DNA from: Nitrospinales bacterium | Lineage (GTDB): Bacteria; Nitrospinota; Nitrospinia; Nitrospinales; VA-1 | Assembly (NCBI GenBank): GCA_965223345.1 | Contig: CBDCWG010000012.1 | Span: forward strand, 576,001 to 640,000 | Reading direction: 5' to 3' | DNA length: 64,000 bases | Shown: piece by piece, positions 50,613 through 60,003 of the stretch | How the letters are laid out: each line of letters opens with the position of its first letter | Position numbering within the stretch: the stretch's first letter is position 1 | Program-made: the position numbers and the translations under genes | Notes under the pieces: generated by a model | Databases searched by the model: none | Told to the model about the DNA's origin: nothing | Seen by the model: the letters and a program-made list of their open reading frames with translations, nothing else

Positions 50613-51368
50613 ATGGGTTTTTGGGAAATTCTCATTGTTTTTTTGCTGACACTGATCGAGCTCTGGCTGCTCTTGAAGTGGATACGCCCGGTGATCGTGC
50701 AGGAATACCAGGTGGGCCTGAGGTACAAAGCCGGCCGGTTCGTGAAAATGCTGCCGCCCGGCATGTACTGGATCAACGCCTTCAACAGCCGAGTGGTCCG
50801 TATCGACAAACAAATCCGCACGGAAACCGTTCCGGGGCAGGAAGTTCTCAGCCTCGATCAGATCGGGCTGAAAGTGAGCTTGAGCATCCGCTACGAAGTG
50901 GAGGACCCGGTCCTCGCCACCCACAGCACCGAGTCCTATGTGACCGATCTGTACCAGAGTGTGCAGATCGCCCTGCGGGTGCTCGTCGGCGCGCAGAACA
51001 TCGAGGCGTTGATGGCCCAGCGCAACGCCGTCGGCGAAGCATTGATGGAAAGGTGCGCTCCGGAAGCGGAGAAAATCGGATTGAAACTGCACCGTGTGGA
51101 AGTGAAGGACATCATGTTTCCGGGCGAGCTGAAAAAAATCTTCGCCGAAGAGATCAAGGCGAAAAAAGAAGGACAGGCCGCACTCGAAAGGGCGCGCGGT
51201 GAATCCGCGGCGCTTCGCAACCTCGCCAACGCCGCCAAGATGCTGGAGAACAATCCGGCTTTGCGGGAGCTGCGCCTGCTGCAGGCTCTTGCCAGCGCGG
51301 GAGAGAAGAGCAACAACGTGATCGTCACCCAGCTCGCCCAGTCCCTGGGCGGCAACGGCAAGAAATGA
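50613..51368 (+). CDS. SPFH/band 7 (slipin) family protein
   Basis: N-terminal TM, GQEVLS.D, VKDIMFPGE and AALERARGESAALRNLANAAKMLENNPAL. Strong GAGGAGG RBS. Confidence 0.92.
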   Translation: MGFWEILIVFLLTLIELWLLLKWIRPVIVQEYQVGLRYKAGRFVKMLPPGMYWINAFNSRVVRIDKQIRTETVPGQEVLSLDQIGLKVSLSIRYEVEDPVLATHSTESYVTDLYQSVQIALRVLVGAQNIEALMAQRNAVGEALMERCAPEAEKIGLKLHRVEVKDIMFPGELKKIFAEEIKAKKEGQAALERARGESAALRNLANAAKMLENNPALRELRLLQALASAGEKSNNVIVTQLAQSLGGNGKK

Positions 51369-51934
51369 GAGTGAGCGTGATGGTCCCTATCTCCAAATAC
51401 GGAGTTTGCCTGTTTGTATTGCTTGCGGCCTCCGTTGCGCTGGCTGAAGAAAACACTCTGAGACATTACCCGCTTCCGGGGCATGGCGCGTTGCAGATCT
51501 CCACGCCCGGTGCGTGGCAGGAAAAGGTGCAGCGACGGCCCAATCCGCTGCCGCCCACCATCGTGTTCACACCCGAGTCCGGTTCCTCTTATCAGATACT
51601 CCTGACGCCTATGTATCCTTTGCGCGAAGAGATTTCTTTGCCCACACCGGCCCAGTTGCGGAACAATGTCGAACGGGAAGCGAAACGGGTGCAAGAACAG
51701 GCGCTGGAGAAAACCATTCCCGTGCAAGAGCTGAAAGGCGCCGATACCATCGGTTACTACTACCGTGTGACCGACAAGTCTTCCCAGGCGAGCGAATACA
51801 AATACATGACCCAGGGCGCGCTGCTATTGAAAAAAAGCACTCTCCTTTTCACGATACTCACCAACGATGGCGCCGATGGGATTGAGGGCGAGGCCATGAC
51901 GATGCTGAAGAATGCCGCTCAGGTTGAGGACTGA
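51365..51934 (+). CDS. Secreted/periplasmic hypothetical protein
   Basis: ATGA overlap with the slipin stop; signal peptide ending ALA. Confidence 0.75.
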   Translation: MRVSVMVPISKYGVCLFVLLAASVALAEENTLRHYPLPGHGALQISTPGAWQEKVQRRPNPLPPTIVFTPESGSSYQILLTPMYPLREEISLPTPAQLRNNVEREAKRVQEQALEKTIPVQELKGADTIGYYYRVTDKSSQASEYKYMTQGALLLKKSTLLFTILTNDGADGIEGEAMTMLKNAAQVED

Positions 51935-52042
51935 CCGCGCTATCAATATCAATTCGAATTGTTGACCGATGATCGATGCTCTCTTCGCTGTGATAATGAC
52001 GATCACAGATCGAATATTTAAAGGAGCGGATCGTTCAATTTC

Positions 52043-52702
52043 ATGAAAGCATTCATTCAAAGACAGGCAGAGACCAACCCCATGCTCATGCCCATTTTGG
52101 GAAAGTCAAAGGGATGGACGTGGTTTTGGCTGGTTTACTTCTCGTTTACCGGCATATTCTTGTTGATATTCTTTTCGGAAGTATTTCTATTCTATTTCAC
52201 AGGAACCAATTTATTCTTCGAACATTTATTCGATGGGCATAACCCAGATAAAAGGATAAATACTCTTGGAGACTGGGTTAGGGTGGTTATCCTTTTCTTT
52301 TACCTTTTTAGTACATTGATTTTCATGATGCAGGTAATGGAGTCCTGGGGGAAATTATGCAAAGAAGGAAAATGGAAGCCCAGGTTTGAATCGTTGTGTT
52401 TTGATATCCAGTGGCATAATTGGGCAAGCCCGTTAGTATCATTTCTTCTTGCAATCTTATTTTTGTTTACCTTCTTTCCCTTGGTCATAAAAGGCTTGAA
52501 GTTCATTCCTTCTGACTGGGAAATTAATGAAACGTATTTGCGGATAGGCATATTCGTTGCCTTCATTTTTGGGATAGGCAAGTTGGGTCAATGGATGACT
52601 CTTTGGATTGACAGACAAAAACCCGCACTCATCTACACGGCTCTTGGAGTGGTGTTTTTCCTTTTTTTTGGTTGGTTCGTCCGTCTTGTGAATGGCAGCT
52701 AG
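52043..52702 (+). CDS. Multi-TM membrane protein (AT-rich)
   Basis: About 5 hydrophobic segments; AAGGAG upstream. Confidence 0.7.
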   Translation: MKAFIQRQAETNPMLMPILGKSKGWTWFWLVYFSFTGIFLLIFFSEVFLFYFTGTNLFFEHLFDGHNPDKRINTLGDWVRVVILFFYLFSTLIFMMQVMESWGKLCKEGKWKPRFESLCFDIQWHNWASPLVSFLLAILFLFTFFPLVIKGLKFIPSDWEINETYLRIGIFVAFIFGIGKLGQWMTLWIDRQKPALIYTALGVVFFLFFGWFVRLVNGS

Positions 52703-52725
52703 GGTCAGGGCAAGGGGAGAGGCGT

Positions 52726-53043
52726 GTGAAACGAAGAATTTCCTGGTTACTCGGAGGTCTTGCCTATGTGGGTCCTCCAACATGGGCCTACTTCGAACAG
52801 GTAGCGGTCTATGAAAGGCTCAGTGCCCAGTACGGCTATGTGTGTGGGCTGGCATGGTTGGGAATCATTCTTATCGGGTGCTTCGCAGCGGCGCTGTTGT
52901 CAGGAACCGCTCTGTGGCTTGGCTGGCTCGCCTATCGAGCTTTACCGCACCCACGCCCGCGTTTGCGGATCGCGAAACTCACCCTCATCGCAGTTCCGCT
53001 GATACTTCCCGTCGCATTCGTTGTGTCGCTGTACAGCGCTTAA
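52726..53043 (+). CDS. Small membrane protein
   Basis: GTG start after GGAGAGG; about 3 hydrophobic segments. Confidence 0.55.
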   Translation: MKRRISWLLGGLAYVGPPTWAYFEQVAVYERLSAQYGYVCGLAWLGIILIGCFAAALLSGTALWLGWLAYRALPHPRPRLRIAKLTLIAVPLILPVAFVVSLYSA

Positions 53044-53083
53044 ATCCTTCGTTGTCCGAAAAGCCTTGCGGTGGGTTCCCCTG

Positions 53084-54610
53084 CTATTCCGAAATGAGGA
53101 AGTGGGCCCTGCGGTTCTGGTACCAGCAGATTTCGTTGCTTTCGGTGCAGAAGGGCCGCTCTTCGCCGTAACTGATGGTGCGGATCCGGCTCGCATCGAT
53201 CCCCAGAGATATCAGGTAGGATTTCGCCGACTGCGCGCGCCTTTCGCCAAGGCTGATGTTGTACTCGTTGCTGCCGCGCTCGTCGCAATGCCCCTCGATT
53301 TCGATTTTGTACTGCGTGAACGATTTCAGATACTCTGCGTTTTTCTTCAGGTTCTTGCGCGACTTGTCGTCCAGGTCGTAGCGATCGAACGCGAAAAAAA
53401 TGTCCTGCAGGTGGTCGGTGGAACGGTAAGGCAAAAAGCGCCGGGCTTCTTCCTGCTCCTGAGGAACGATCACACGGCTTTCTTCGACGAACGTCTCGGC
53501 GCTGAACGAGCCGGTGGAACCGTCGCCCGGCATCCCCTGTTCCGCGCTGCCGAAATCCGGGCCGGGACCGGGTTTCTCGTATCCACGGGGAAGCTCCGCC
53601 ACTTCACCCACTTCATCGATGCTTTCTTCGCGCAAAAACTCGCCTGCCGGTTGCGAATCGCCATCGGCTGACTCTGCGGCCAGGCCGCCTTCCCCCGCAC
53701 TGTCGAACGGCAGGGCGCTGTACGAACCGGTGGAACCGTCGCCGGGCATCCCCTGTTCCGCACTGCCGAAATCCGGGCCGGGACCGGGTTTTTCATAGCC
53801 ACCGGCAATGCCCTCTTCGACAACCTCGATGCCGGGCTGCGCGTCCGCCGATGCGGATTTACTCAGAGAGTCGCTCGACGGGGCTCCCCCATCCGGTCCA
53901 CTGAAAGGCTGGGCGCTGAACGAACCGGTGGAGCCATCACCCGGCATCCCCGGCGCCGCACTGCCAAAATCGCGGCCCGAGCCCGGTTGCCCGCCCGCAT
54001 CGCCACCGGCGAACGGCTCGGCGCTGAACGAACCGGTGGAGCCATCACCCGGCATCCCCGGCGCCGCACTGCCGAATTCGCGGCCCGAGCCCGGTTGCCC
54101 GCCCGCATCGCCACCGGCGAACGGCTCGGCGCTGAACGAACCGGTAGAACCGTCACCCGGCATCCCCGGCGCTGCACTGCCAAAATCGCGGCCCGAGCCC
54201 GGTTGCCCGCCCGCATCGCCACCGGCGAACGGCTCGGCGCTGAACGAACCGGTAGAACCGTCACCCGGCATCCCCGGCGCTGCACTGCCAAAATCGCGGC
54301 CCGAGCCCGGCTGCCCGCCCGCATCGCCGCCGGCGAACGGCTCGGCGCTGAACGAACCGGTGGAACCATCGCCCGGCATCCCCCGGTCCACGCTGCCGAA
54401 ATCGCGGCCGGCGCCGGCTTCGGTTTTTCCTTCCGCGCCTGAGGTGGACGCCACCGGGCCGAAATTGTCATCGATTTGTTCGAGGGTGTTGCTTCCAAAA
54501 CGGGAATCCGCGTCTGCACCCTCCCCGGGCATGAGGTTTTTGGAACACCCGCTGGCAAAGACGAGGCAGAGGATCGCTGCGATGCAAAAATTCTGTTTCG
54601 ACAGGTTCAT
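53084..54610 (-). CDS. pal: Pal-like peptidoglycan-associated lipoprotein with a long repetitive linker
   Basis: Lipobox ASGC. C-terminal OmpA/Pal domain IEGHCDERGSNEYNISLGERRA...ISYGEERP...NRRA. Confidence 0.88.
   Translation of the reverse strand: MNLSKQNFCIAAILCLVFASGCSKNLMPGEGADADSRFGSNTLEQIDDNFGPVASTSGAEGKTEAGAGRDFGSVDRGMPGDGSTGSFSAEPFAGGDAGGQPGSGRDFGSAAPGMPGDGSTGSFSAEPFAGGDAGGQPGSGRDFGSAAPGMPGDGSTGSFSAEPFAGGDAGGQPGSGREFGSAAPGMPGDGSTGSFSAEPFAGGDAGGQPGSGRDFGSAAPGMPGDGSTGSFSAQPFSGPDGGAPSSDSLSKSASADAQPGIEVVEEGIAGGYEKPGPGPDFGSAEQGMPGDGSTGSYSALPFDSAGEGGLAAESADGDSQPAGEFLREESIDEVGEVAELPRGYEKPGPGPDFGSAEQGMPGDGSTGSFSAETFVEESRVIVPQEQEEARRFLPYRSTDHLQDIFFAFDRYDLDDKSRKNLKKNAEYLKSFTQYKIEIEGHCDERGSNEYNISLGERRAQSAKSYLISLGIDASRIRTISYGEERPFCTESNEICWYQNRRAHFLISE
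53905..54410 (-). repeat. 108-bp (36-aa) coding tandem repeat, about 4.7 copies
   Basis: Unit GRDFGSAAPGMPGDGSTGSFSAEPFAGGDAGGQPGS. Two further dispersed core copies lie near 53495-53585 and 53715-53800. Confidence 0.95.
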
Positions 54611-55102
54611 GATCTGAGAAAGCAAGTTGGATGAATCCTTCGTTTCCGTAATCCGGAGCCGCATTCTCGGATGCAGCTCTCACTTGCGCACAGCATACTA
54701 AAAACAGCGGTGTGCTTTCCACCTGTGTTTTCGATTATTTACCGGTTCCCCGCGGCTCTGCGCGCGGGTTCAAACGGCGGATTTGCGGGGTGGGAAACGC
54801 ATTCACTTTAAAAACAAGGTGAATACATGCTCAGTTCATCTTAATCCCTGCATGTCACAGCCGATGCGTTGCTCACCCGTCTCTATAATAAGGAAGTTTT
54901 TTTATCTCAAATCCGGACTGCGTCCGGCCGCACCGGTTCGCATATGCGCTCCAGCCGGAGCGGACCCCAGTCCGCCCCGGCGCACGGGTGCGGTGAATAT
55001 CCCCGTTTCGATACTCTGCGCCGGCTCGATGCAGCGAAAAACTTTGTTTTTTTTGGCCGGAAAAGATCAAGGAAACAGCATTCTTTCCGATACTTAATGA
55101 GG

Positions 55103-55138
55103 AACCCTTGATCGCCAAAGGCCGGAAAATCAAGGGTT
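55103..55138. terminator. Intergenic hairpin
   Basis: AACCCTTGAT...ATCAAGGGTT inverted repeat; function unknown. Confidence 0.35.
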
Positions 55139-55341
55139 CCAGACCCTTTTTCAGGCTCACGACTCCCGGACACGCCCCGCATGGATGGGCCCCCCAACCT
55201 TGACACCGACATCCCGGGGCCCTCTTTATGATTTGAAATTCCGGATTTTATGGTATCCTAAAAGTACCCCGACACAGACAGCAATCTTTTTATTTTCAAC
55301 CACTTATTTGACTTATCGGACAACCGATTCCGATCGATACG

Positions 55342-55791
55342 ATGACCCTTGTGACGCAGACATTCACGATCCTGATCGCAGAAGACGACGAAGACGATTA
55401 CCTGTTGACGCTGGAAGCGTTGAAGGAAGCCGGGGTCAACAATGAAATCCGTTGGGTTAAAGACGGAGAAGAGTTGTTGGATTCCTTAAAGGCATCGTCG
55501 AACGGAGGCAACGGTTCCGGTTTTCCCGGCATGATCCTGCTGGATCTGAACATGCCGAAAAAGGACGGCCGGGAGGTTCTGGAAGAACTCAAAACCAACC
55601 GGAACTACCGCAGAATCCCCGTCATCGTCATGACCACCTCCAGCGCGGAAACGGACATCGCCCTTTCCTACGAACTGGGGGTCAACTCCTTCATTCAGAA
55701 ACCGGTTCACTTTCAGGAACTGGTGAAAGTATTCCAGACTCTGTCACACTACTGGTTTGAAACGGTGAAGCTGCCCCAGACGACCCACTGA
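55342..55791 (+). CDS. Single-domain response regulator (Rcp1-like)
   Basis: ILIAEDD, LLDLNMPKKDGREVL, MTTS, SYELGVNSFIQKP and YWF. Confidence 0.92.
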   Translation: MTLVTQTFTILIAEDDEDDYLLTLEALKEAGVNNEIRWVKDGEELLDSLKASSNGGNGSGFPGMILLDLNMPKKDGREVLEELKTNRNYRRIPVIVMTTSSAETDIALSYELGVNSFIQKPVHFQELVKVFQTLSHYWFETVKLPQTTH

Positions 55792-55796
55792 CCGTC

Positions 55797-57056
55797 ATGA
55801 TCGAGCAACCGCTGAAAATCCTGATCGTCGAAGACGACGAAGACGATATCTTTCTGATCCGGGATTTCATCCGCGAAGGCATTCAGGACCCCACCCCCGG
55901 CATCGACCACACCTCCAGCTACGAAGACGCTGTTGCCAAACTGGAAGACAGCGACTACGATATCTGTATGTGCGACTATCGCCTGGGAGCGATGGACGGG
56001 ATTGCGCTGATCAAAAACCTGCGCGCCCGCAACGTGAAGATCCCCATCATCGTTCTGACCGGGCAGGGGGATCAGGAAGTGGCGGTGGAGGCGATGAAAG
56101 CGGGCGCCACCGATTACCTGACCAAGGGGAAGCTCTCTCCGGAAACGCTGTCGCATGCGATCCGTTATTCGTTGAAACTGCACCGGGAAGCCTCGCGCCG
56201 CAAGCAGACCGAACAGATGCTGAAAAAATCGCATCAGGATCTGGTGCGCGCCAACAACGACCTGAAAGAGTCGATGGCCAAGCTGAAATCGGCGCAGAAG
56301 CAGATCCTGCAATCGGAAAAGCTCGCGGGCATCGGCCGGCTGGCCGCCGGAGTGTGCCACGAAATCCTCAACCCGCTCAACATCATCTCCGGCCACGCCC
56401 AGGCCCTTTTGATGGAACGAGATGGGGACACCCCGCTGATGGACGACCTGTTCTCCATCACCGAGGAGATCCAGAGGATCGAAAAAATCATCTCCGGGCT
56501 GCTCAAGTTTTCCCGCAAAGGCGACGTGGAACTCACCCAGACCAACATCAATCAGGAACTGGACTCGGTGCTTTCGATCATCGAGAAGGAAATGAGCCTG
56601 GAGGGCATCGAGGTGGTGCGCGAATTCTGCGAAGAGTTGCCCAGTCTCTACCTCGACAACGACCGCATCCGCCAGGTTTTCCTCAACATCATCAACAACG
56701 CCAAATACGCGATGTCGGGCGGCGGCGTCTTCACAGTGCGCACGCAGGTGATCGCCAATAGCCGGGAAAACGGCGTTCAGGCCAACGGCGATTCCCCGCT
56801 TTCAAGTGAACGGCATCTGCGCATCGAATTCACCGACACGGGAACCGGCATCAAGAAAGAACATCTGGGAAAAATCTTCGATCCCTTCTTCACCACCAAA
56901 CCGGAAGACAAGGGCACCGGCCTGGGGCTTTCGGTGTCCTACTCCATCATCGAGAAGCACGGCGGGACACTCGAAGTGGAGAGCGACGGCAAGACCGGCA
57001 CCACTTTCATCATCGAGCTGCCGCTCAATCAGGAGGAAGTCGAACTCACATCGTGA
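55797..57056 (+). CDS. Hybrid receiver-histidine kinase (NtrB-like HisKA/HATPase)
   Basis: N-terminal REC domain, HEILNPL, NIINNA, DTGTGI, FDPFFTTK and GTGLGL. Confidence 0.93.
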   Translation: MIEQPLKILIVEDDEDDIFLIRDFIREGIQDPTPGIDHTSSYEDAVAKLEDSDYDICMCDYRLGAMDGIALIKNLRARNVKIPIIVLTGQGDQEVAVEAMKAGATDYLTKGKLSPETLSHAIRYSLKLHREASRRKQTEQMLKKSHQDLVRANNDLKESMAKLKSAQKQILQSEKLAGIGRLAAGVCHEILNPLNIISGHAQALLMERDGDTPLMDDLFSITEEIQRIEKIISGLLKFSRKGDVELTQTNINQELDSVLSIIEKEMSLEGIEVVREFCEELPSLYLDNDRIRQVFLNIINNAKYAMSGGGVFTVRTQVIANSRENGVQANGDSPLSSERHLRIEFTDTGTGIKKEHLGKIFDPFFTTKPEDKGTGLGLSVSYSIIEKHGGTLEVESDGKTGTTFIIELPLNQEEVELTS

Positions 57057-58381
57057 CCGACGCCGCACGGCATCCCGGCAAAAAACGATGGGGCCTGCGC
57101 ATGCGATTGCGCTTGATCACATACGGTCTGCTCGCCCTCTGGCTCACGGATTACTTTCTCATCCAGCCCCAGCGCCTCACCGCCGACAAACTCCCCACGC
57201 CACAGGCAGAACTCAAACCGCTCGTCGAACGACTCAAACAGCACACGCATTATCTCGCTTCCGAGGAACTCAAGGGCCGCGCACCGGGCACGCCGGAAAA
57301 CGCGCAGGCGGCGGAGTACATCCTCAACGCGTTTCAGGACATGGCCCTGGCATCGCCGGCTCCCGATGGAACGATGCTGCAGGAAATTTCAGACGGGCTG
57401 GGCCACAACGTGTTCGCCGCGCTGCCCGGTTTCGACCCCGCGCGCGACTGGCTGCTTCTGGGCGCGCATTTCGACCACCTCGGCGAATGGGAAGGCAAAA
57501 CCTACCTGGGGGCCGACGACAACGCCTCGGCGGTGGCGATCCTGCTGGAAACGGCGCACAAACTTTCCAAGACGGGTGCGTTCCAGCGCTACAACGTGCT
57601 GTTCGTGGCGTTCAACGCGGAGGAGTCGCCGTATTTTCTCACCGCAAAGATGGGCTCGTTCCAGTTTTACAACCGCATCGAGACCACCGGCATCGATCCC
57701 AAACGCATCCGGCTCGCCATCATCATGGACCTGATGGGCGGGGTTTTCTGGAAGCCGCTTCAGGACACGCTGTTCGTGCTGGGTGCGGAGAAAACCCCGG
57801 CGCTCAAACCGCTCGTCGATGCGGTGCGCGTGCCCACGCTCGATGTGCGGCGTCTGGGCATGTCGATGATCGAAAACGTTTCCGGCACCGGCGGGCTGGC
57901 GTTCAGCGACTACCAGGTGTTCCGCATCCACGCCATCCCCTACCTGTTTTTGAGCAGCGGGCGCACGCCGCATTACCACCGCGACCACGACACCGTGGAA
58001 ACGCTCCACCACAACCGCATGGCGAAAACCGTGCTGTGGCTGGAGGATCTGCTGCAAAAGCTGGACGGCTTTGAAGGTCCGTGGACCTACAAATGGCGCG
58101 GCGAGGATTACGAAACCGACTATGAGTCCATTTCGCCTTTGATCGAATGGGCCGCCGACTGGAACACAAAAATCCCGCAGACCGGCTGGTTCAGTCTGTA
58201 CCGTGTCAAGCAGGATCAAAAACGCATGCAGGCCATCGCGGAAAAACTCGAAGCGGGCGCAGCGCTCGACGATAACGACGCCGCCGCCCTGCAGCTTGCC
58301 TCCATCCGCATCCAGTGCCTGCTGGGAAAGATGGGCCCGTGCTTTTTACTGCCGGAAGGCACCGACGACACGGGCGATTGA
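57053..58381 (+). CDS. M28 family metallopeptidase
   Basis: GAHFDHLG, GADDNAS, FNAEE, SDY and YHR..DT. Confidence 0.9.
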   Translation: MTDAARHPGKKRWGLRMRLRLITYGLLALWLTDYFLIQPQRLTADKLPTPQAELKPLVERLKQHTHYLASEELKGRAPGTPENAQAAEYILNAFQDMALASPAPDGTMLQEISDGLGHNVFAALPGFDPARDWLLLGAHFDHLGEWEGKTYLGADDNASAVAILLETAHKLSKTGAFQRYNVLFVAFNAEESPYFLTAKMGSFQFYNRIETTGIDPKRIRLAIIMDLMGGVFWKPLQDTLFVLGAEKTPALKPLVDAVRVPTLDVRRLGMSMIENVSGTGGLAFSDYQVFRIHAIPYLFLSSGRTPHYHRDHDTVETLHHNRMAKTVLWLEDLLQKLDGFEGPWTYKWRGEDYETDYESISPLIEWAADWNTKIPQTGWFSLYRVKQDQKRMQAIAEKLEAGAALDDNDAAALQLASIRIQCLLGKMGPCFLLPEGTDDTGD

Positions 58382-58438
58382 CCGACCGCAACGGACTGCG
58401 ACGTCCGCTATCCTCTTTTGATTTTCGATAAAAATTTT

Positions 58439-59959
58439 TTAACGCAGAAAATCCAGCAGGCTGGGTTGCAATATTCTCGCTGTGGTGTTGAGGGTGGCGT
58501 TGAGGGCGAGTTCCAATGCCGCCAGTTCGGAGGCGGCCTTGATGGGATCGGAGTCTTCCGTGTTGGAGAGTTGCAGATTCTGATCGACGATGTCCTGATC
58601 GAGCACCGTGTCGGTGGCTTCGACGCGCCTGAGCGACGCGCCGACGATGGCGCGCGATTCGTTGACCGAGTCGAGTCCTTTGTCCAGGTTCTCCAACGTC
58701 GCCAGGATGGCGGCGGGATCGTTGGCCGCCAGCGCGCGCTGCAACTGGATCAGCGTTTCGAGCACGTTGCGCCCGCCCCCCAGTCCGAGGTCGGCGGCGG
58801 TGGTGCCGGTGCCGATGTCGTTCGCCACGGCGACGGTGGTCGGGTCGTTGGAAACGATGCTGAGCGCATTGCCCTGGCTGTTGATGCTGGCGGTGACGTT
58901 GGTGCCCGATGCGTTGATCAGGCTCAGGACATCGCCCACGGTGGTGGCGGAACTCAGGGTGACGGTCGCCGAAGCCGCGCCGTTGGTGAGCTTGATGTCG
59001 TTGAGGGCGAGCCCGGCGCCGTCGTTGAGATCGGCGATCAGCGTGGAACTCGTCAGAAAGCCGTTGATGTCGCGGCCGACGATATTGCCGTCGCGCTGCC
59101 CCGCAATGCCGAGACTGGAGGCGGTGCTGCCGCCGGAAACTTCGGTGACGCTCAGAGCCTGCGTGATCACGCTGCTGCTGTCGGTGAGGGTGAGTCCGTT
59201 GCGGCCGCTGTTGAGCGCCGCGGTGACGTTGAGCCCCGCGGAATTGATGGCCGAGATCACGCCGCCGACGGTCGCGCCGGCGCTCACGGTGATGGTGGCG
59301 CTGTTGCCGCTGCGGTCGGTGATGTTGAACTGACCGGCCGGCACGCCGGCGCCGCCGTTCAGGTCCGAGAGCAGCGTCGAGGTGGTGATGAGCGGGTTGA
59401 GATCGGTGCCGAACACCTCGGAGCCGGGGAGCGTGACGCCCACGCGGATGTCGCGCTCGATCTCGATGTTGATGCGGTCGGTGTCGCCCAGGTACACCGC
59501 CCCGGACGCGCTGGTCTGGAAAGGCGGCGTGCGCGTCTTGCTGCCACCGAAGATGTAGATGTTCTTGATCTGGGTGTTGGCCGCTTCCAGAACCTGCGAG
59601 ACAAGCTTCTCGGTTTCGGCGGCGGCGAAACTGCGGGTCTGCGCGGTGGCGGTGCCGCCGAGTTCGCTGATGGCCAGTTCCTTGGCGCGCGTCAGCGCGA
59701 GGCTCGCCGACTGCAAAGCGGAATCGGAACTTTGTATGAAGATGCGGTTGTTGTCGATGTTGCGGATGAACTGCTGCGCCTGCCCGATGCCGGTGCGCAA
59801 TGCGAGGGAGTCGCGGATGCCCGAAGGGTCGTCGGAGGGCTTGCTGATGCGCTTGCCGGAGGCGATCTCGGTCTGCGCCTTGAACAGGTCTTCCGTGATG
59901 CGGAAGATGTTGCTCAGTACCGTGCTGCGGATCGCCTGACTGGTTACCCGTTCGACCAT
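58439..59959 (-). CDS. flgL: Flagellar hook-associated protein 3
   Basis: ASGKRISKPSDDP, YIFGGSKT and terminal SLLDFLR; follows flgK. Confidence 0.93.
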   Translation of the reverse strand: MVERVTSQAIRSTVLSNIFRITEDLFKAQTEIASGKRISKPSDDPSGIRDSLALRTGIGQAQQFIRNIDNNRIFIQSSDSALQSASLALTRAKELAISELGGTATAQTRSFAAAETEKLVSQVLEAANTQIKNIYIFGGSKTRTPPFQTSASGAVYLGDTDRINIEIERDIRVGVTLPGSEVFGTDLNPLITTSTLLSDLNGGAGVPAGQFNITDRSGNSATITVSAGATVGGVISAINSAGLNVTAALNSGRNGLTLTDSSSVITQALSVTEVSGGSTASSLGIAGQRDGNIVGRDINGFLTSSTLIADLNDGAGLALNDIKLTNGAASATVTLSSATTVGDVLSLINASGTNVTASINSQGNALSIVSNDPTTVAVANDIGTGTTAADLGLGGGRNVLETLIQLQRALAANDPAAILATLENLDKGLDSVNESRAIVGASLRRVEATDTVLDQDIVDQNLQLSNTEDSDPIKAASELAALELALNATLNTTARILQPSLLDFLR

Positions 59960-60003
59960 GACCTATCGCCTCGACTCAATGATATTGCTGAAATAAAAAA
60001 TGT

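Noticed and set aside
53905..54410. CRISPR array
   Set aside because: The repeats are contiguous in-frame 108-bp units with no unique spacers, and there are no cas genes.
56806..58074. 422-aa alternative-frame ORF
   Set aside because: Arg/Ala-rich off-frame shadow overlapping the kinase and the M28 peptidase.
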